Source: Deltaproteobacteria bacterium
Lineage (GTDB): Bacteria > Desulfobacterota > Desulfobaccia > Desulfobaccales > 0-14-0-80-60-11
DNA: 64,000 bases
Direction: 5' to 3'
NCBI GenBank assembly: GCA_030018495.1
Contig: JASEFS010000011.1
Span: forward strand, 22,838 to 86,837
Below the pieces are notes generated by a model that saw nothing but the letters and a program-made list of their open reading frames with translations, did not search any database and was not told the DNA's origin. Shown here piece by piece: positions 1 to 10,611 of this stretch; the first letter of the stretch is position 1; each line of letters opens with the position of its first letter. The translations under genes were made by a program, and so were the position numbers.

Positions 1-472
1 TCTCTTCCGCTTCCAGGCGGACCCGGGCATCTGCACTGGTCAGGGCCAGGATTTGCAGCTTGCCCTTGAACCCCTGCTGTTCCACCAGGCTGCGGGAGCC
101 GGCTTGGGCTGCCATGGCGTGGATCACCTCCACGATTACTTCCGGTTCAGAATAATCCAGGAACAGATTGAGGGCCCCCCACTCTTCGGGAAGGCCGTAT
201 TCCTGCAGGAATTTTTTGGCGACCGCGGGGAATTTTTTGGTGCTGTGCGCGGCCTCCAATTCTTTCAAGGCGGTCTGGTACTCGGGCCGCCCCCGCTTGC
301 CGCTAAAAAGGGCCTCGGCCTCTTTTAGGGCCATTTTGCGCACTAACTCCGCCTGCTTTTTGGGCAAACGGCGCTCCTTGGGCGCCGGGCGGCTGCCGGG
401 CCGGTCCCGGCGGGCATCGATTTCCCGCCAACTGGGCCGTTCCCGATCCTCGTCGTCGTCTTTGGGAGCCAT
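1..472 (-). CDS. Hypothetical protein, partial (C-terminus runs off the window edge)
   Basis: My own minus-strand reading: ATG at 472-470, then MAPKDDDEDRERPSWREIDARRDRPG..., open to position 1. It is not in the ORF track because there is no stop inside the window. I recognise no family. Confidence 0.5.
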   Translation of the reverse strand, partial: MAPKDDDEDRERPSWREIDARRDRPGSRPAPKERRLPKKQAELVRKMALKEAEALFSGKRGRPEYQTALKELEAAHSTKKFPAVAKKFLQEYGLPEEWGALNLFLDYSEPEVIVEVIHAMAAQAGSRSLVEQQGFKGKLQILALTSADARVRLEAEE

Positions 473-507
473 TGTTTTTCCTTATTACGCTTGTGGTTTC
501 TAAATCA

Positions 508-1803
508 TCAAAATATCCAGTGGGGATTCCTTTCGGTTACTTCCTCAAGATAACCCCAAATCCAGTCCCGCATCTGAGGAGCCAGGTAAAAGCGGGGCCA
601 CAGAAGTTCGTCGCCGGGCTGCACCAGGCCCTCGTCAAGAGCCCGGCGGTGCAACGGCAGCCCCGGATAAATGCGCACCCCCACGGTGAGATTGACCATC
701 AGCGGCTTATGGGCCTCCAGCAAAGCCACGCTCTCCTGCACGCTGTCAGGCGTCTCTCCCGGACCGCCCAGCAGCAGGAAGCAAGTATAAGGGAGGTCCG
801 CAGCCGCCAAAAAATTTAGAGTCTGCTTAACCTGCTCCAGCCCGAACCCCTTTACCAGGTGGCGAAGGACCAACTCGGAGCCGCTTTCGTTGCCCACCTG
901 GACTCTGACGCCGCCGGCCTCTCGGATAAGCTGGAAAAGCTGAGGGTCCGGAAAGGCCGGATTTATAATGCAGCTCCATTCCAGGGGGAGATGGAGGTCT
1001 TTTATCGCCTGGCAGAGGCGGCGGGCATAATCCAGGGGGTGGTTGAAGATACTATCGACAAAATAAAACCTGGTCAAGCCCCATTTTTCATGCCATGCCG
1101 CCAAGCGGGCGGCCACCGTCTCCGGCGGCCAGGCCCTGACCCTGCGGCCCTCCAGAAGCGGAGTGGTGCAGTAAATGCACCCCATGGGGCAGCCCCGGCG
1201 GCTCTGCACGGGAATCATCCCGGGCAGCTTGGCGGTGCCCTGGGCTTCGTGATAGAGACGCGGATTAAAAAGCTCCAACGCCGGAGAGGGCAGCCCTACC
1301 AGAGAATCCAGCAGCCTCACGGGATTGATTTGCCAGGCACCATCGCGCTGTTTTATTAGACCCGGACAGTGCCGCCACCCCCCACCCGGCCAGTTGCGCA
1401 GGAAAGTCCGGAGATTTACTTCACCCTCCCCTATCAGGCCGAAATCGGCCCCTAAATACGCCATGAGCTGGCGGGGCATAATGCTGAAGCCGCTGCCTCC
1501 CACCAGCACCGGAGCCGGGGTCAAATCCCTGATAAGCCGGATCAGTTTTTTTACTTCCGGAAAGTAGGTCTGTGAATGGCGGCTGTCCTGATTGTCAATA
1601 TTTCGCAAAGACAGGCAGATGAAATCAGGTTTGAATTCCTGGACTGTCTGGCGCACCGCTGCTTCCGGGTCTTCAGCAAACATGAGGTCCAGCACCTGGG
1701 TTTCATGCTCCAGCTTGACATCGGCCGCGACGCCGGCCAGCCCCAAAGGCAGGGGCGGAGCCACCAGACGCAGGCGGTTTGGGGAAATCAACAGGACGCG
1801 CAT
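508..1803 (-). CDS. B12-binding domain radical SAM protein
   Basis: The N-terminus MRVLLISPN...LGLAGVAA is typical of a cobalamin-binding domain. The radical SAM cluster motif is RGCPMGCIYCT. The ORF track starts at a TTG at 1833; I prefer the ATG at 1803. Confidence 0.8.
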   Translation of the reverse strand: MRVLLISPNRLRLVAPPLPLGLAGVAADVKLEHETQVLDLMFAEDPEAAVRQTVQEFKPDFICLSLRNIDNQDSRHSQTYFPEVKKLIRLIRDLTPAPVLVGGSGFSIMPRQLMAYLGADFGLIGEGEVNLRTFLRNWPGGGWRHCPGLIKQRDGAWQINPVRLLDSLVGLPSPALELFNPRLYHEAQGTAKLPGMIPVQSRRGCPMGCIYCTTPLLEGRRVRAWPPETVAARLAAWHEKWGLTRFYFVDSIFNHPLDYARRLCQAIKDLHLPLEWSCIINPAFPDPQLFQLIREAGGVRVQVGNESGSELVLRHLVKGFGLEQVKQTLNFLAAADLPYTCFLLLGGPGETPDSVQESVALLEAHKPLMVNLTVGVRIYPGLPLHRRALDEGLVQPGDELLWPRFYLAPQMRDWIWGYLEEVTERNPHWIF

Positions 1804-1959
1804 GTTTAATACCGTTTTCGGTTTAAAAGACAATATTTACCGTTAGTTATATGTCATGTCCGCTTCATTAAAAGAGAAATCGGATTATTATTAAGATTGG
1901 CTTTCCTTGCGGTCAGGCCATCAGGAGGGAGGCGCGCCGGCTGAAGTTGCCGGTGTCAT

Positions 1960-2526
1960 TCAGGCAGCGCCGTGAAACCGGGTTTGCGCGGCAGCGAGGC
2001 CCTGGCTCACCAGGAGCTTTACAGCCTGGATGCCTTTCTCCACCAGAGCGGCGGCTTCTTCCAACTCTTCTCTGAGAAAGGGCTTGAGGACGTATTCCTC
2101 CGCAGTCATCCCTTCGGGGGGCCGGCCTATTCCCAGTTTCACCCGGTAAAATTCTGCGGTATCCAGAGCGTTCATGATGGAGAGCACCCCCCGGTGACCC
2201 CCGGCGCCGCCTCCCAGGACGAGCTTGACCCGGCCGGCCGGCACGTCAAGGTCGTCATGAATGACCAGGAGATCGGAGGGTAAGAGTTTCCAATAATGGA
2301 GCAGCCTGGATACGGCCCGGCCGCTCAGATTCATATAAGTGGTGGGCTGGGCCAGGACGATGGTGGCGCCCTCAACCCGCCCCTGCCCCCAAACTGCATC
2401 CATTTTGTGGCTTTTCAAAGGAATGTTCCAATCCTCAGCCAGAGCCGACACCACCATATAACCCAAATTATGGCGGGTCCAGGCATACTGGGGACCGGGA
2501 TTTCCCAAGCCTACGATGAGCCGCAT
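1960..2526 (-). CDS. pth: Peptidyl-tRNA hydrolase
   Basis: MRLIVGLGNPGPQYAWTRHNLG and the overall length are typical of Pth. Confidence 0.93.
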   Translation of the reverse strand: MRLIVGLGNPGPQYAWTRHNLGYMVVSALAEDWNIPLKSHKMDAVWGQGRVEGATIVLAQPTTYMNLSGRAVSRLLHYWKLLPSDLLVIHDDLDVPAGRVKLVLGGGAGGHRGVLSIMNALDTAEFYRVKLGIGRPPEGMTAEEYVLKPFLREELEEAAALVEKGIQAVKLLVSQGLAAAQTRFHGAA

Positions 2527-2536
2527 ATCCTTAAAT

Positions 2537-2620
2537 GGTTTTTAGTTTTTGGTTTTTAGTTTTTGGTTTTTTGAAATTTCTTATAGCGGACTAAAAACAC
2601 AAAATCAAAAACCAAAAACC
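2537..2620. repeat. Heptamer-array hairpin module (GTTTTTR / YAAAAAC arms) in the pth-prs spacer
   Basis: The left arm ggtttttagtttttggtttttagtttttggtttttt faces the right arm taaaaacacaaaatcaaaaaccaaaaacc. The outer 16 nt are complementary at 15 of 16 positions. Confidence 0.8.
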
Positions 2621-2624
2621 GTTT

Positions 2625-3560
2625 TTAAACAAATAATGAACTGACTGAGTCCCGGTTATGAATGCGCCGGATGGCCTCTCCCAGGAGAGGGGCCACGGAC
2701 AGCACGCGGATTTTCGGCAGGGCCGCGGCCTCCGGGTTGAGGGGAATGGTGTCCGTCACAGCCAGGGTTTTGACCATGGAGCCTTTCAGATTGCTCACCG
2801 CGTTTTTGGACATGACGGCATGAGTGACGCACGCATGAACCGACCTGACGCCGTGGCGCATCAACAGCTCCGCGGCCATGGTAAGGGTGGAGCCGGTGGT
2901 GGTCATGTCATCCAGCACGATGGCATCCTTGCCCCAGACATTGCCGATTAAATCCATGGACTTGATTACCGTGGCTTCCCGCCGCTTGTCGATAATGGCC
3001 AAACCTGAGTTCAAACGCTTGGCAAAAGCCCGGGCCCGCTCCACCCCGCCGGCGTCCGGGGAGACCATGACCAGGTCGCCTTTGAAGTTGTTCCGGATAT
3101 ATTCCAGAGTCACCGGCGCGGCATACAGATGGTCCACCGGGATGTTGAAAAATCCTTGAATCTGGCCGGTGTGCAGGTCCATGGTCAACAACCGGTTGGC
3201 GCCCGCGGTGGTGATCAGATTGGCCACCAGCTTGGCGGAAATGGGCACCCGGGGAGCGGTCTTGCGGTCCTGGCGCGCGTAGGCGTAGTAGGGGACCACC
3301 GCGGTAATGCTTTGGGCCGAAGCGCGCCTGAGCGCGTCCATCATGATAAGGAGTTCCATCAGGTGTTCATTGGCGGGAATACAAGTGGGCTGGATCACAA
3401 AGACGTCCGCACCCCGCACGTTCTCCCGGAACTCCACGGAAATCTCCCCGTCGGAGAAGCGCCCCACCATGGCATCCCCCAGCGGGATGTCCAAATATTG
3501 GCAGATTTTCTCGGCCAAAGGGCGGTTGGCATTGCCGGTAAAAATCTTCAAATTATCCAT
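2625..3560 (-). CDS. prs: Ribose-phosphate pyrophosphokinase
   Basis: [19 protein letters not shown]..., [11 protein letters not shown] and the PRPP-binding loop [11 protein letters not shown]. Confidence 0.95.
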   Translation of the reverse strand: MDNLKIFTGNANRPLAEKICQYLDIPLGDAMVGRFSDGEISVEFRENVRGADVFVIQPTCIPANEHLMELLIMMDALRRASAQSITAVVPYYAYARQDRKTAPRVPISAKLVANLITTAGANRLLTMDLHTGQIQGFFNIPVDHLYAAPVTLEYIRNNFKGDLVMVSPDAGGVERARAFAKRLNSGLAIIDKRREATVIKSMDLIGNVWGKDAIVLDDMTTTGSTLTMAAELLMRHGVRSVHACVTHAVMSKNAVSNLKGSMVKTLAVTDTIPLNPEAAALPKIRVLSVAPLLGEAIRRIHNRDSVSSLFV

Positions 3561-4480
3561 ACCTGCTTCTCCCAGGTGCCAGGAGATTCCTTCCCGGTGA
3601 GACCGCGCGCCACCGCCAGCCAGCCCCGGAAGCTCTGGCGCAGCCGGCGGGCGGCCTTAAGGGAAGCGTCAAGGTCAGGAAAAATTCCAAACAGCGTCGG
3701 GCCGCTGCCTGACATGCCCTGCGCCAGGGCACCCAGACCGGCCAGGGCGAGAAGATGATCTTTCAGCTCCGGGTAATGCCGCAAGGTGACGGTCTCCAAG
3801 TCATTAGCCACCCACTCCCCCGGCCTGTCGATGTTCAGGTTTTGCTCTAAGCGTCGATTTACCCTATTTAAAGAGGAAAGGTCAAGGTTTTCATAGACCC
3901 ATCCGGTGGAAACGGCCAGATCCGGCTTCATGAGCGCATACCAGTATGGGGGCAATTCAATAGCTGACAAATCAGTCCCGATGCCGCGCCCGATTTGGGG
4001 ACCCGGATGCAGAAAGAAGGGCACATCAGCCCCCAGCCGGCTGGCCAGGTCGTGCAGCCCGGCCTCATTCAGGGGATGGCCGGTCATTTCATTGAGAGCC
4101 AGCAGCGTCCCCGCGGCATCGCTGCTGCCGCCCCCCAATCCTGCGGCTACGGGAATCCGTTTGGTGAGGGCCAGATGAACATCCAGCCTGAGGCCGCTGG
4201 CTGTCAAAAAGTTTGCCGCCGCCCGCCAGACTAAATTTTCCTCCCCCGCGGGGAGTTCGGCGGAGTCGCAGGTAAAAGTGATGCCCTCTGAGCCCGGTGT
4301 AATCTCTAATTCGTCGGCCAGACTCAGGGGCTGCATTACGGTGACGAGTTCGTGATAGCCGTCCGCCCGCCGCCCCAGGATTTTCAAGCTTAGATTCACT
4401 TTGGCGGGGCAAAGCCAGCGGGTCGGCCAAGCCGGAACCTGGCTAGCTGGCCTCCTTGATGTAGCGCATCCTAAGGTCAT
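3548..4480 (-). CDS. ispE: 4-diphosphocytidyl-2-C-methyl-D-erythritol kinase
   Basis: [21 protein letters not shown] and the GHMP kinase motif [14 protein letters not shown]. The only canonical start is the ATG at 4480, which overlaps the upstream gene by 38 nt. Confidence 0.9.
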   Translation of the reverse strand: MTLGCATSRRPASQVPAWPTRWLCPAKVNLSLKILGRRADGYHELVTVMQPLSLADELEITPGSEGITFTCDSAELPAGEENLVWRAAANFLTASGLRLDVHLALTKRIPVAAGLGGGSSDAAGTLLALNEMTGHPLNEAGLHDLASRLGADVPFFLHPGPQIGRGIGTDLSAIELPPYWYALMKPDLAVSTGWVYENLDLSSLNRVNRRLEQNLNIDRPGEWVANDLETVTLRHYPELKDHLLALAGLGALAQGMSGSGPTLFGIFPDLDASLKAARRLRQSFRGWLAVARGLTGKESPGTWEKQVWII

Positions 4481-4844
4481 ACAGGAGGTGGTCGAATAGT
4501 TTTTCCTCGTCTTCCTCGAGATTGTTGCGGGTCTTTTCCCGGAGGAGGCCCAGGAGGTCTATGGTCTGTTTGGCCAACGGCAGGTTCTTCTTGGTTTCGC
4601 CGGTAACAGGGTCCGGCATGTCACCCAGGTGTACGAACGCCGACGAGCTGAGAGAAATCAGGAAAGCGGAGAAGGTGATGTCAGGCAACGGCGCCCCCGC
4701 GGTTTCCTTGGCTGCCTCCTGGTATTCTTCCTGGGCTTTCTGCCTGGCGGTTTCCTCCTCCCTGATCTTGGCCTTTTCTTCGTCGCTCAGGTGGAGATAA
4801 CGCCGGTCCGTGACCTTGTAGCCTTTTTCATCGGATTCCGCCAT
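4443..4844 (-). CDS. DUF1844 domain protein
   Basis: An acidic N-terminus is followed by ITFSAFLISLSSSAFVHLGDMPDPVTGE...LAKQTIDLLGLL, which I recognise as the DUF1844 pattern. Confidence 0.75.
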   Translation of the reverse strand: MAESDEKGYKVTDRRYLHLSDEEKAKIREEETARQKAQEEYQEAAKETAGAPLPDITFSAFLISLSSSAFVHLGDMPDPVTGETKKNLPLAKQTIDLLGLLREKTRNNLEEDEEKLFDHLLYDLRMRYIKEAS

Positions 4845-4880
4845 CTTTGCTCCTCCCGGCAGAGCGTTGCCGCTGCCCGG

Positions 4881-6464
4881 CTATAATTCCAACTGAATGG
4901 CCATGGCCACGTGCTCCAGGTCACGCACGGCCTTGAGGCACTCCGGCGTCACCGGCGTGTCGGTGGTCAGCAGGATGACATTTTGGCCCCGTTCCTTCTC
5001 CTGGCCCACAGTCATACGGGCGATGTTGATATCGTGCCGGCCGATGGTAGTGCCGATGGCGCCGATTACCCCGGGACGGTCAGTGTTGTAAATGAACAGC
5101 ATGTGGCCTTCCGGGATGGCCTCCAGCCGGAATTTATTAATCTGCACCAGGCGGGGTTCATATTTGCCGAAGATGGTGCCTGCAACCACACCTTCTTCCA
5201 CCCCGGCGCGCACGGTGAGGCGGATGAGCGTGGTGAAGTCCTCGCCAGCCTCCACCTTCTCTTCGGCCACCATGATGCCCCGGGCCGCGGCCACGGAGGG
5301 GGCATTGACGTAGTTGACTTCATCCCCTACCCGGGGAAAGAGCAAACCCTTGAGGATGGAGTGGGTAAGGGGTTTGGTGTCAAGCTTGGCCACTTCGCCG
5401 ATATAAGAAACTGTAACCGAGGTGATGGCCCCTTCGATGGTTTGGGCCTGAAAGCCCCCCAGGGCTTCGGCCAGGGTCAGATATGGCCGGAGCTGGGCCA
5501 TGGCCTCCCGGCTCACCGACGGGGCGTTGACCGCGTTCCTGATAGTGCCGTCCAAAAGGTATTCCAGGATCTGTTCGCAGATCGCCACGGAGACATTGGC
5601 CTGGGCTTCTTCGGTGGACGCCCCCAGATGGGGGGTGCAGATGACATTGGGCAGATCCCGCAGAGGAAAATCCGGCCCCGGAGGTTCGGTTTCGTACACG
5701 TCCAAAGCCGCGCCCGCCACTTTGCCTTCCTTCAGGGCCTCCAACAAAGCCTGTTCATCAACCAAACCGCCCCGAGCGCAGTTGATGATTTTCACGCCGG
5801 GCTTCATCTTTTGGAAGGCCTTGCGGTCCAATATCTTCACAGTTTCTTTGGTCTTGGGGATGTGCAAGGTGATAAAGTCGGACCGGGCCAACAGTTCGTC
5901 CAGGGAAACCAACTCCACCCCCTTAGCCGCGGCGCTTTCCTTGGTAATATAAGGGTCGTATCCCAGAACCCGCATTTTCAGTCCCAAAGCCCGCTCGGCC
6001 ACCACGCTGCCGATGCGCCCCAGACCGATGATGCCCAGCACCTTGTTATAGATTTCCATGCCTTGGAATTTTTTCTTTTCCCATTTGCCCTCCCGCATGG
6101 ACAGCGCGGCCTGAGGGATGTTCCGGGCCAGAGACAGCATCAGGGAAATAGCATGTTCCGCGGTGGTGATGGTATTGCCGCCCGGCGTGTTCATGACCAC
6201 GATGCCCTTTTTGCTGGCGTAGGCAATGTCGACATTGTCCAGGCCGGTCCCGGCCCGGCCTACTACTTTCAAACGAGGGGCGGCGTCGATAAGCTCCTTG
6301 GTCACTTTGGTGGCGCTGCGGATGGCCAGGGCGTCGGCATCCTTGATCTGCTCCCTGAGCTCCTCAGGGCTCATTCCCGGTCGCGCTACCACATCGATGT
6401 TGGGATGCTGCTCGAAAATGGCGATGCCGTCTTTGTGCAGGTTGTCGCTGATGAGGACTTTCAT
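4881..6464 (-). CDS. serA: D-3-phosphoglycerate dehydrogenase (long form with ACT domain)
   Basis: 527 aa, with the NAD-binding motif [10 protein letters not shown] and a C-terminal ACT-like region. Confidence 0.93.
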   Translation of the reverse strand: MKVLISDNLHKDGIAIFEQHPNIDVVARPGMSPEELREQIKDADALAIRSATKVTKELIDAAPRLKVVGRAGTGLDNVDIAYASKKGIVVMNTPGGNTITTAEHAISLMLSLARNIPQAALSMREGKWEKKKFQGMEIYNKVLGIIGLGRIGSVVAERALGLKMRVLGYDPYITKESAAAKGVELVSLDELLARSDFITLHIPKTKETVKILDRKAFQKMKPGVKIINCARGGLVDEQALLEALKEGKVAGAALDVYETEPPGPDFPLRDLPNVICTPHLGASTEEAQANVSVAICEQILEYLLDGTIRNAVNAPSVSREAMAQLRPYLTLAEALGGFQAQTIEGAITSVTVSYIGEVAKLDTKPLTHSILKGLLFPRVGDEVNYVNAPSVAAARGIMVAEEKVEAGEDFTTLIRLTVRAGVEEGVVAGTIFGKYEPRLVQINKFRLEAIPEGHMLFIYNTDRPGVIGAIGTTIGRHDINIARMTVGQEKERGQNVILLTTDTPVTPECLKAVRDLEHVAMAIQLEL

Positions 6465-6469
6465 GGCGT

Positions 6470-7609
6470 CTAAGCCTCCTTGCCTAAGATCTCCTGGGCG
6501 GCCTTGACGCCGATGCCGAGTTCCACCTTATAGCCCAGGTCGTTCAGGACGATTTCCAAAGCTCCCAGGGTCCCCAAGAGATCCAGTTCGTCGATAAACC
6601 CCATATGCGCGATGCGGAAGATTTTGCCTTTGGCTTGAGCCTGGCCGCCGGCGATCCAAATGCCGCGCTTCCTCAATTCAGCCACTACCTTCTGGCCGTC
6701 AACCCCGGCCGGGGCCTCTACCGCAGTCAGCACATCGGAAGGGTTGTCTTTGGAGTAAAGCTCAAGCCCCATGGCCCGAACAGCCGCCTTGGCAGCGCGG
6801 GAGAGCCTCCGGTTGTGGGCGAAGATTTTGTCCAGGCCCTCGGCCCGGATCCAGCTCAGCACCTGCTGCAGGCCCATGGTCAAGGTAACCGCGGAAGTAT
6901 AGGCGGTTTGATTCTTCTGTTGCGATTTGAGCTGCTTGGCAAAATCAAAGTAGTACTTAGGGCACTTCGAGGTCTTGACGAACTCCCAGGCTTTCGGCGA
7001 AAGCGCCGCAAAGGCCAAGCCGGGGGGCAGCATCATGGCTTTTTGGGAGCCGGCTACCACAATGTCCATACCCCACTCGTCCATGGGCAAAGGATAGCCG
7101 CCCAAGGCCGAAATAGCATCCACCACCAGGATGGTGCCGGGCAGGGACTTGGTGATTTGCGCCAATTCCTTCACCGGGTGCTGCACCGCAGTGGAAGTTT
7201 CGTTGGCCTGGACGAAAACGGCTTTGATTGCCGGGTTGGCCTTCAAGCGCTGCGCCACCTCTTCGGGCTTTACGGCATGGCCCCATTCCACCTTGAGGCG
7301 CTCTATGCTAATGCCATAAACTTCGCAAAGTTCGGCCCAGCGCTCGCCGAATTTGCCACCGTCCACCACCAGGGCGGTGTCGCCGGGGGACAAGGTGTTG
7401 GACACCGCGCCTTCCATGGCGCCGGTGCCGGTAGCCGCGAACATCAGCACTTCCTGTTCGGTCTGAAACAGGTATTTAAGGTCTTCCCGCACTTTGGCCA
7501 GAATATCCATAAACTGCGGCGACCGGTGGTGCAGGATGGGTTGAGCCATTGCCAGCTGGGTTTCGGGAGAGACCGGAGTCGGCCCCGGGGTCATGAGATA
7601 TCGTTTCAT
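6470..7609 (-). CDS. Class V aminotransferase (serine-glyoxylate / phosphoserine aminotransferase type)
   Basis: A PLP fold with the lysine motif GSQKAMM. It sits 5 nt downstream of serA, so a SerC-like role is plausible. That role is an inference. Confidence 0.85.
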   Translation of the reverse strand: MKRYLMTPGPTPVSPETQLAMAQPILHHRSPQFMDILAKVREDLKYLFQTEQEVLMFAATGTGAMEGAVSNTLSPGDTALVVDGGKFGERWAELCEVYGISIERLKVEWGHAVKPEEVAQRLKANPAIKAVFVQANETSTAVQHPVKELAQITKSLPGTILVVDAISALGGYPLPMDEWGMDIVVAGSQKAMMLPPGLAFAALSPKAWEFVKTSKCPKYYFDFAKQLKSQQKNQTAYTSAVTLTMGLQQVLSWIRAEGLDKIFAHNRRLSRAAKAAVRAMGLELYSKDNPSDVLTAVEAPAGVDGQKVVAELRKRGIWIAGGQAQAKGKIFRIAHMGFIDELDLLGTLGALEIVLNDLGYKVELGIGVKAAQEILGKEA

Positions 7610-7666
7610 TTTCCTACCCTGTTTTCCGTTTTCCTGAATTTTTATTAGATTTTCTCAAAATAATAT

Positions 7667-7695
7667 AATCTATTTTCTTTCCTTGTTACTGTCAA
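7667..7695 (-). promoter_or_regulatory. Candidate sigma70 promoter for the serC-like/serA operon
   Basis: The minus strand reads TTGACA, a 17-nt spacer, then TAGATT. Confidence 0.35.
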
Positions 7696-7739
7696 GCGCT
7701 ATGAGGCAAAAAGTGCCGCTAAATGGGGGCGGCAAACAT

Positions 7740-7771
7740 AAAAAAACCTGGAACCCGCGACAGGGTTCCAG
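7740..7771 (-). terminator. Rho-independent terminator after the NlpC/P60 gene
   Basis: The minus strand reads cctggaaccc-tgtcgc-gggttccagg followed by TTTTTTT, about 30 nt after the stop at 7800. Confidence 0.8.
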
Positions 7772-7799
7772 GCACTGGCGCTTCAGAGGAATCTACAAT

Positions 7800-8633
7800 C
7801 TACCAATCAGGATATTTTATTTCGAAGACCCGCTTGGCTGCCACAAAGGTTCTCTGGTAATAAGGCTCTCTTAAATCGGTAACAATAACCCCGCCGCTGC
7901 GTCCGCTGGAAGCATGAATCATTTTTCCCTCTCCCACATAGATGCCGGCATGCCCTACATGACGGCCTCCCCTGCTGAAAAACAGCAGGTCTCCAGGGAC
8001 CATTTTGGAAAAATCCATGTTTTGCGTAACAAACTTGCCTACATTGGCCTGTTCGGCGCTGGTGCGGGGCAGTTCAATTTTAAAGCCTTCATAAATATAC
8101 TGGACGAAACCTGAGCAATCGGTGGCCGAACTATACGCCAGGGAAGCCCCCATGGCGTATGGAGCACCCCGATAGGTTTTCGCCCGGGTGAGGATCAGGT
8201 CCCGAAAATTCCAGGGCTCGAATTTATTGTAGCGTTGGCTCGCTGACGGGCTGTCATTTTTTCGATCCAGACCGGAGGTTGGTCCGGTAAGATTCAGGTC
8301 CTTTTTGGGCTGCAAGGGTTCCAGGAGAAAACGCCCATCCCTCTGGGGAATCACCCGCATCAGGGGAGGACCTTCACCGATGCCGGATACCGACGCTCGG
8401 GACACCGATTCCGCTCCCGGGGCAATGCGGTCATAATCTTGATAGTAAGCGCGGCGGGATTTGGTTTTCTTCCTGGCACGGGAGCCGGAAGAACGTTTAG
8501 CCGCGGTGGTTCTCTTGTTCTTTTTAACTAACTTGCTTGTGGTTCCGGATTTCTTTTTGGTGGGTGCCGCTTGCGCCAGTTGAGGTGAAAAGATCAGGGC
8601 CAGGGTTATTACTGTACCCAAAATTCTTGCCAT
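7800..8633 (-). CDS. NlpC/P60 family peptidoglycan endopeptidase with signal peptide
   Basis: Signal peptide MARILGTVITLALIFSPQLAQA. The catalytic region is DCSGFVQYIYE...GHAGIYVGEGKMIHAS. Confidence 0.9.
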   Translation of the reverse strand: MARILGTVITLALIFSPQLAQAAPTKKKSGTTSKLVKKNKRTTAAKRSSGSRARKKTKSRRAYYQDYDRIAPGAESVSRASVSGIGEGPPLMRVIPQRDGRFLLEPLQPKKDLNLTGPTSGLDRKNDSPSASQRYNKFEPWNFRDLILTRAKTYRGAPYAMGASLAYSSATDCSGFVQYIYEGFKIELPRTSAEQANVGKFVTQNMDFSKMVPGDLLFFSRGGRHVGHAGIYVGEGKMIHASSGRSGGVIVTDLREPYYQRTFVAAKRVFEIKYPDW

Positions 8634-8810
8634 ACAAACCTCCTTGGTTATGGGTCACTTCAAACAGGGCTGGTCAGGCGCCCCCGTGAGTTGGCCCCCT
8701 TGGCCAAGGATGTGCCAAAGAGCGTCCTTGCGGACTAGGACCATTTTCCGGACCCCAAAGGGCCGGCTATGTTTTTTAGCTTTAGTAGAGAGATGCTGGA
8801 GATTTGCGCT

Positions 8811-8839
8811 AAAATAGTATGGTCGTCAGACCTTGTCAA
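8811..8839 (-). promoter_or_regulatory. Candidate sigma70 promoter with a roughly 170-nt leader for the NlpC/P60 gene
   Basis: The minus strand reads TTGACA, a 17-nt spacer, then TATTTT. Confidence 0.45.
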
Positions 8840-8999
8840 CTCTTTTTTAAAACCGGCAAAGAAAAATAATGGACAGCCTGGCTTTTTACAAAATGGCAGC
8901 ACAATCAGACCGGTTGAAACTTTCGCCAAAGGAAACCTGACGGCAAGGGCCGACACGCCGGCGGCCCATACAGTTTCAGCCCCCCGGCTGCTTTGGCCC

Positions 9000-9028
9000 A
9001 AAAAAATACGACCCCCGCGGGGGGTCGT
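9000..9028 (-). terminator. Rho-independent terminator ending the alpha operon (after rplQ)
   Basis: The minus strand has the stem acgaccccc / gggggtcgt followed by a T run, about 60 nt after the rplQ stop. Confidence 0.85.
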
Positions 9029-9085
9029 CATTTTGTCGTCAAGATTTTGTGCTGCCCTGCCGGCGCCTCTCTTGGCGGCAGGCTA

Positions 9086-9487
9086 TTATCCGGCCGCGGC
9101 CTTTTTCTTTTTGCCCTTAGGGAGCTGTTCCGGCCGGCCCACCAGTTCCAGGATGGACAAGGGCGCGCCGTCGCCGCGCCGCACACCCAGGGGCACCATC
9201 CGGGTGTAACCCCCGGGACGGTCCTGATAGCGCTCTTTGAGTTCGCCAAAGAGCTTCAGGTGGGCCTTTTTGGTACGAATAACGGCCAGAACCTGTCGCC
9301 GGGCGTGCAGGTCGCCCCGCTTGGCCAGAGTTATGATGGCTTCGGCCAACCGGCGCGCCTCTTTGGCCTTGGCTCGGGTGGTCTCCACCCGCTCCTGTTC
9401 CAAGAGCGAGGTAATCAGGTTGCGCACCATGGCCTGCCGATGCTCGGTGGTCCGGGACAACCGGCGTCCCGCCTTGAGGTGTCTCAT
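9086..9487 (-). CDS. rplQ: 50S ribosomal protein L17
   Basis: [24 protein letters not shown]. Confidence 0.96.
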   Translation of the reverse strand: MRHLKAGRRLSRTTEHRQAMVRNLITSLLEQERVETTRAKAKEARRLAEAIITLAKRGDLHARRQVLAVIRTKKAHLKLFGELKERYQDRPGGYTRMVPLGVRRGDGAPLSILELVGRPEQLPKGKKKKAAAG

Positions 9488-10497
9488 ACCGCTTCTTCCT
9501 TCCTTTCCGGCGCCTGATCAGGGGGCGAAAAGTTCTCCAGCTTCATTCCCAGCGACAGCCCCATCTCTGTCAGGATATCTTTGATCTCGTTTAAGGACTT
9601 GCGGCCGAAATTTTTGGTCTTGAGCATCTCCTGCTCGGTTTTTTGCACCAATTCGCCGATGTAGCGGATGTTGGCATTGCGCAGGCAGTTGGCGGCGCGG
9701 ACCGACAACTCCAGCTCGTTGACGCCGCGATAGAGGTTTTCATTGAGAATCGGCATTTCTTCCGAAGGCCGCTCCTCTATCCTCTCAGGCTCTTCTTCGA
9801 AATTGATGAACAGGGTCAACTGATCCTTCAGGATCTTGGCCGCATAGGCGACGGCGTCCTCCGGGGAAACACTGCCGTCGGTCCAGACTTCCAGGGTCAA
9901 TTTATCGTAATCAGTGCGCTGCCCCACCCGGGCCTGGGTGACCACATAATTCACCTTCCGGATGGGTGAAAAGCTGGCGTCCAGATTAATAAAGCCGATG
10001 GGTTGGTTTTCATCTTTTTCGGCTTCTCCCGGAACGTAGCCCTTGCCGCTTTTCACAATGAGTTCCATGCTGAGCTGGCCGTCAGGGGACAGGCTGGCGA
10101 TATGCTGGTCGGGATTCAGGATTTCCAGGGTGCCGTCGGTCTTGATGTTGCCCGCAGTCACCCGGCCTTCACCCTTGGCTTCCAGGGTCAGGTTCTTGGT
10201 CCCGTCGGCCAGCATCTTGATGCGAACCTGCTTCAGGTTGAGCAGGATTTCGGTGACGTCTTCCAGCACCCCGGGGATCGCCGAAAATTCGTGGTACACA
10301 TCCTTGATCCGCACCCCGGTGATAGCCGCGCCGCGCAAGGAGGACAGCAGCACCCGGCGCAAGGCGTTGCCCAAAGTGGTGCCGAAACCTCTCTCCAAGG
10401 GTTCACAGGAGAATTTGCCATAAGAAGAGGTGTGGCTTTCGCTGTCCACTTCCAGGCGCTTGGGCTTAATTAACTCGGTCCAATTTTTCTGAATCAT
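9484..10497 (-). CDS. rpoA: DNA-directed RNA polymerase subunit alpha
   Basis: 337 aa, with [27 protein letters not shown] and the C-terminal domain motif [12 protein letters not shown]. Confidence 0.97.
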   Translation of the reverse strand: MIQKNWTELIKPKRLEVDSESHTSSYGKFSCEPLERGFGTTLGNALRRVLLSSLRGAAITGVRIKDVYHEFSAIPGVLEDVTEILLNLKQVRIKMLADGTKNLTLEAKGEGRVTAGNIKTDGTLEILNPDQHIASLSPDGQLSMELIVKSGKGYVPGEAEKDENQPIGFINLDASFSPIRKVNYVVTQARVGQRTDYDKLTLEVWTDGSVSPEDAVAYAAKILKDQLTLFINFEEEPERIEERPSEEMPILNENLYRGVNELELSVRAANCLRNANIRYIGELVQKTEQEMLKTKNFGRKSLNEIKDILTEMGLSLGMKLENFSPPDQAPERKEEAV

Positions 10498-10611
10498 AGC
10501 CCCTCAAAATACATTACATGTAGTGCTCCCGAACCCGGGGGGACGGGGAGAACAAATAGGATTCCGGTCATCTGATTAAAGAACCCGGCCTGTTCCGTTA
10601 GGGCTGTCAAT

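Noticed and set aside
8634-8810. Calling the NlpC/P60 leader a ydaO / c-di-AMP riboswitch outright.
   Set aside because: By eye I could not match the conserved GGGGACCCA, GGUGAAUCC and CCGAACCCGACAGCUAACC blocks that I remember from the motif. It is kept only as an unclassified candidate leader.
8735-9031. A 98-aa minus-strand ORF, plus overlapping plus-strand ORFs 8769-9209 and 8993-9517, in the rplQ to NlpC/P60 intergenic region.
   Set aside because: They span the rplQ terminator hairpin and the predicted promoter. There is no SD, no recognisable domain and atypical composition. The region is better explained as terminator, promoter and leader.
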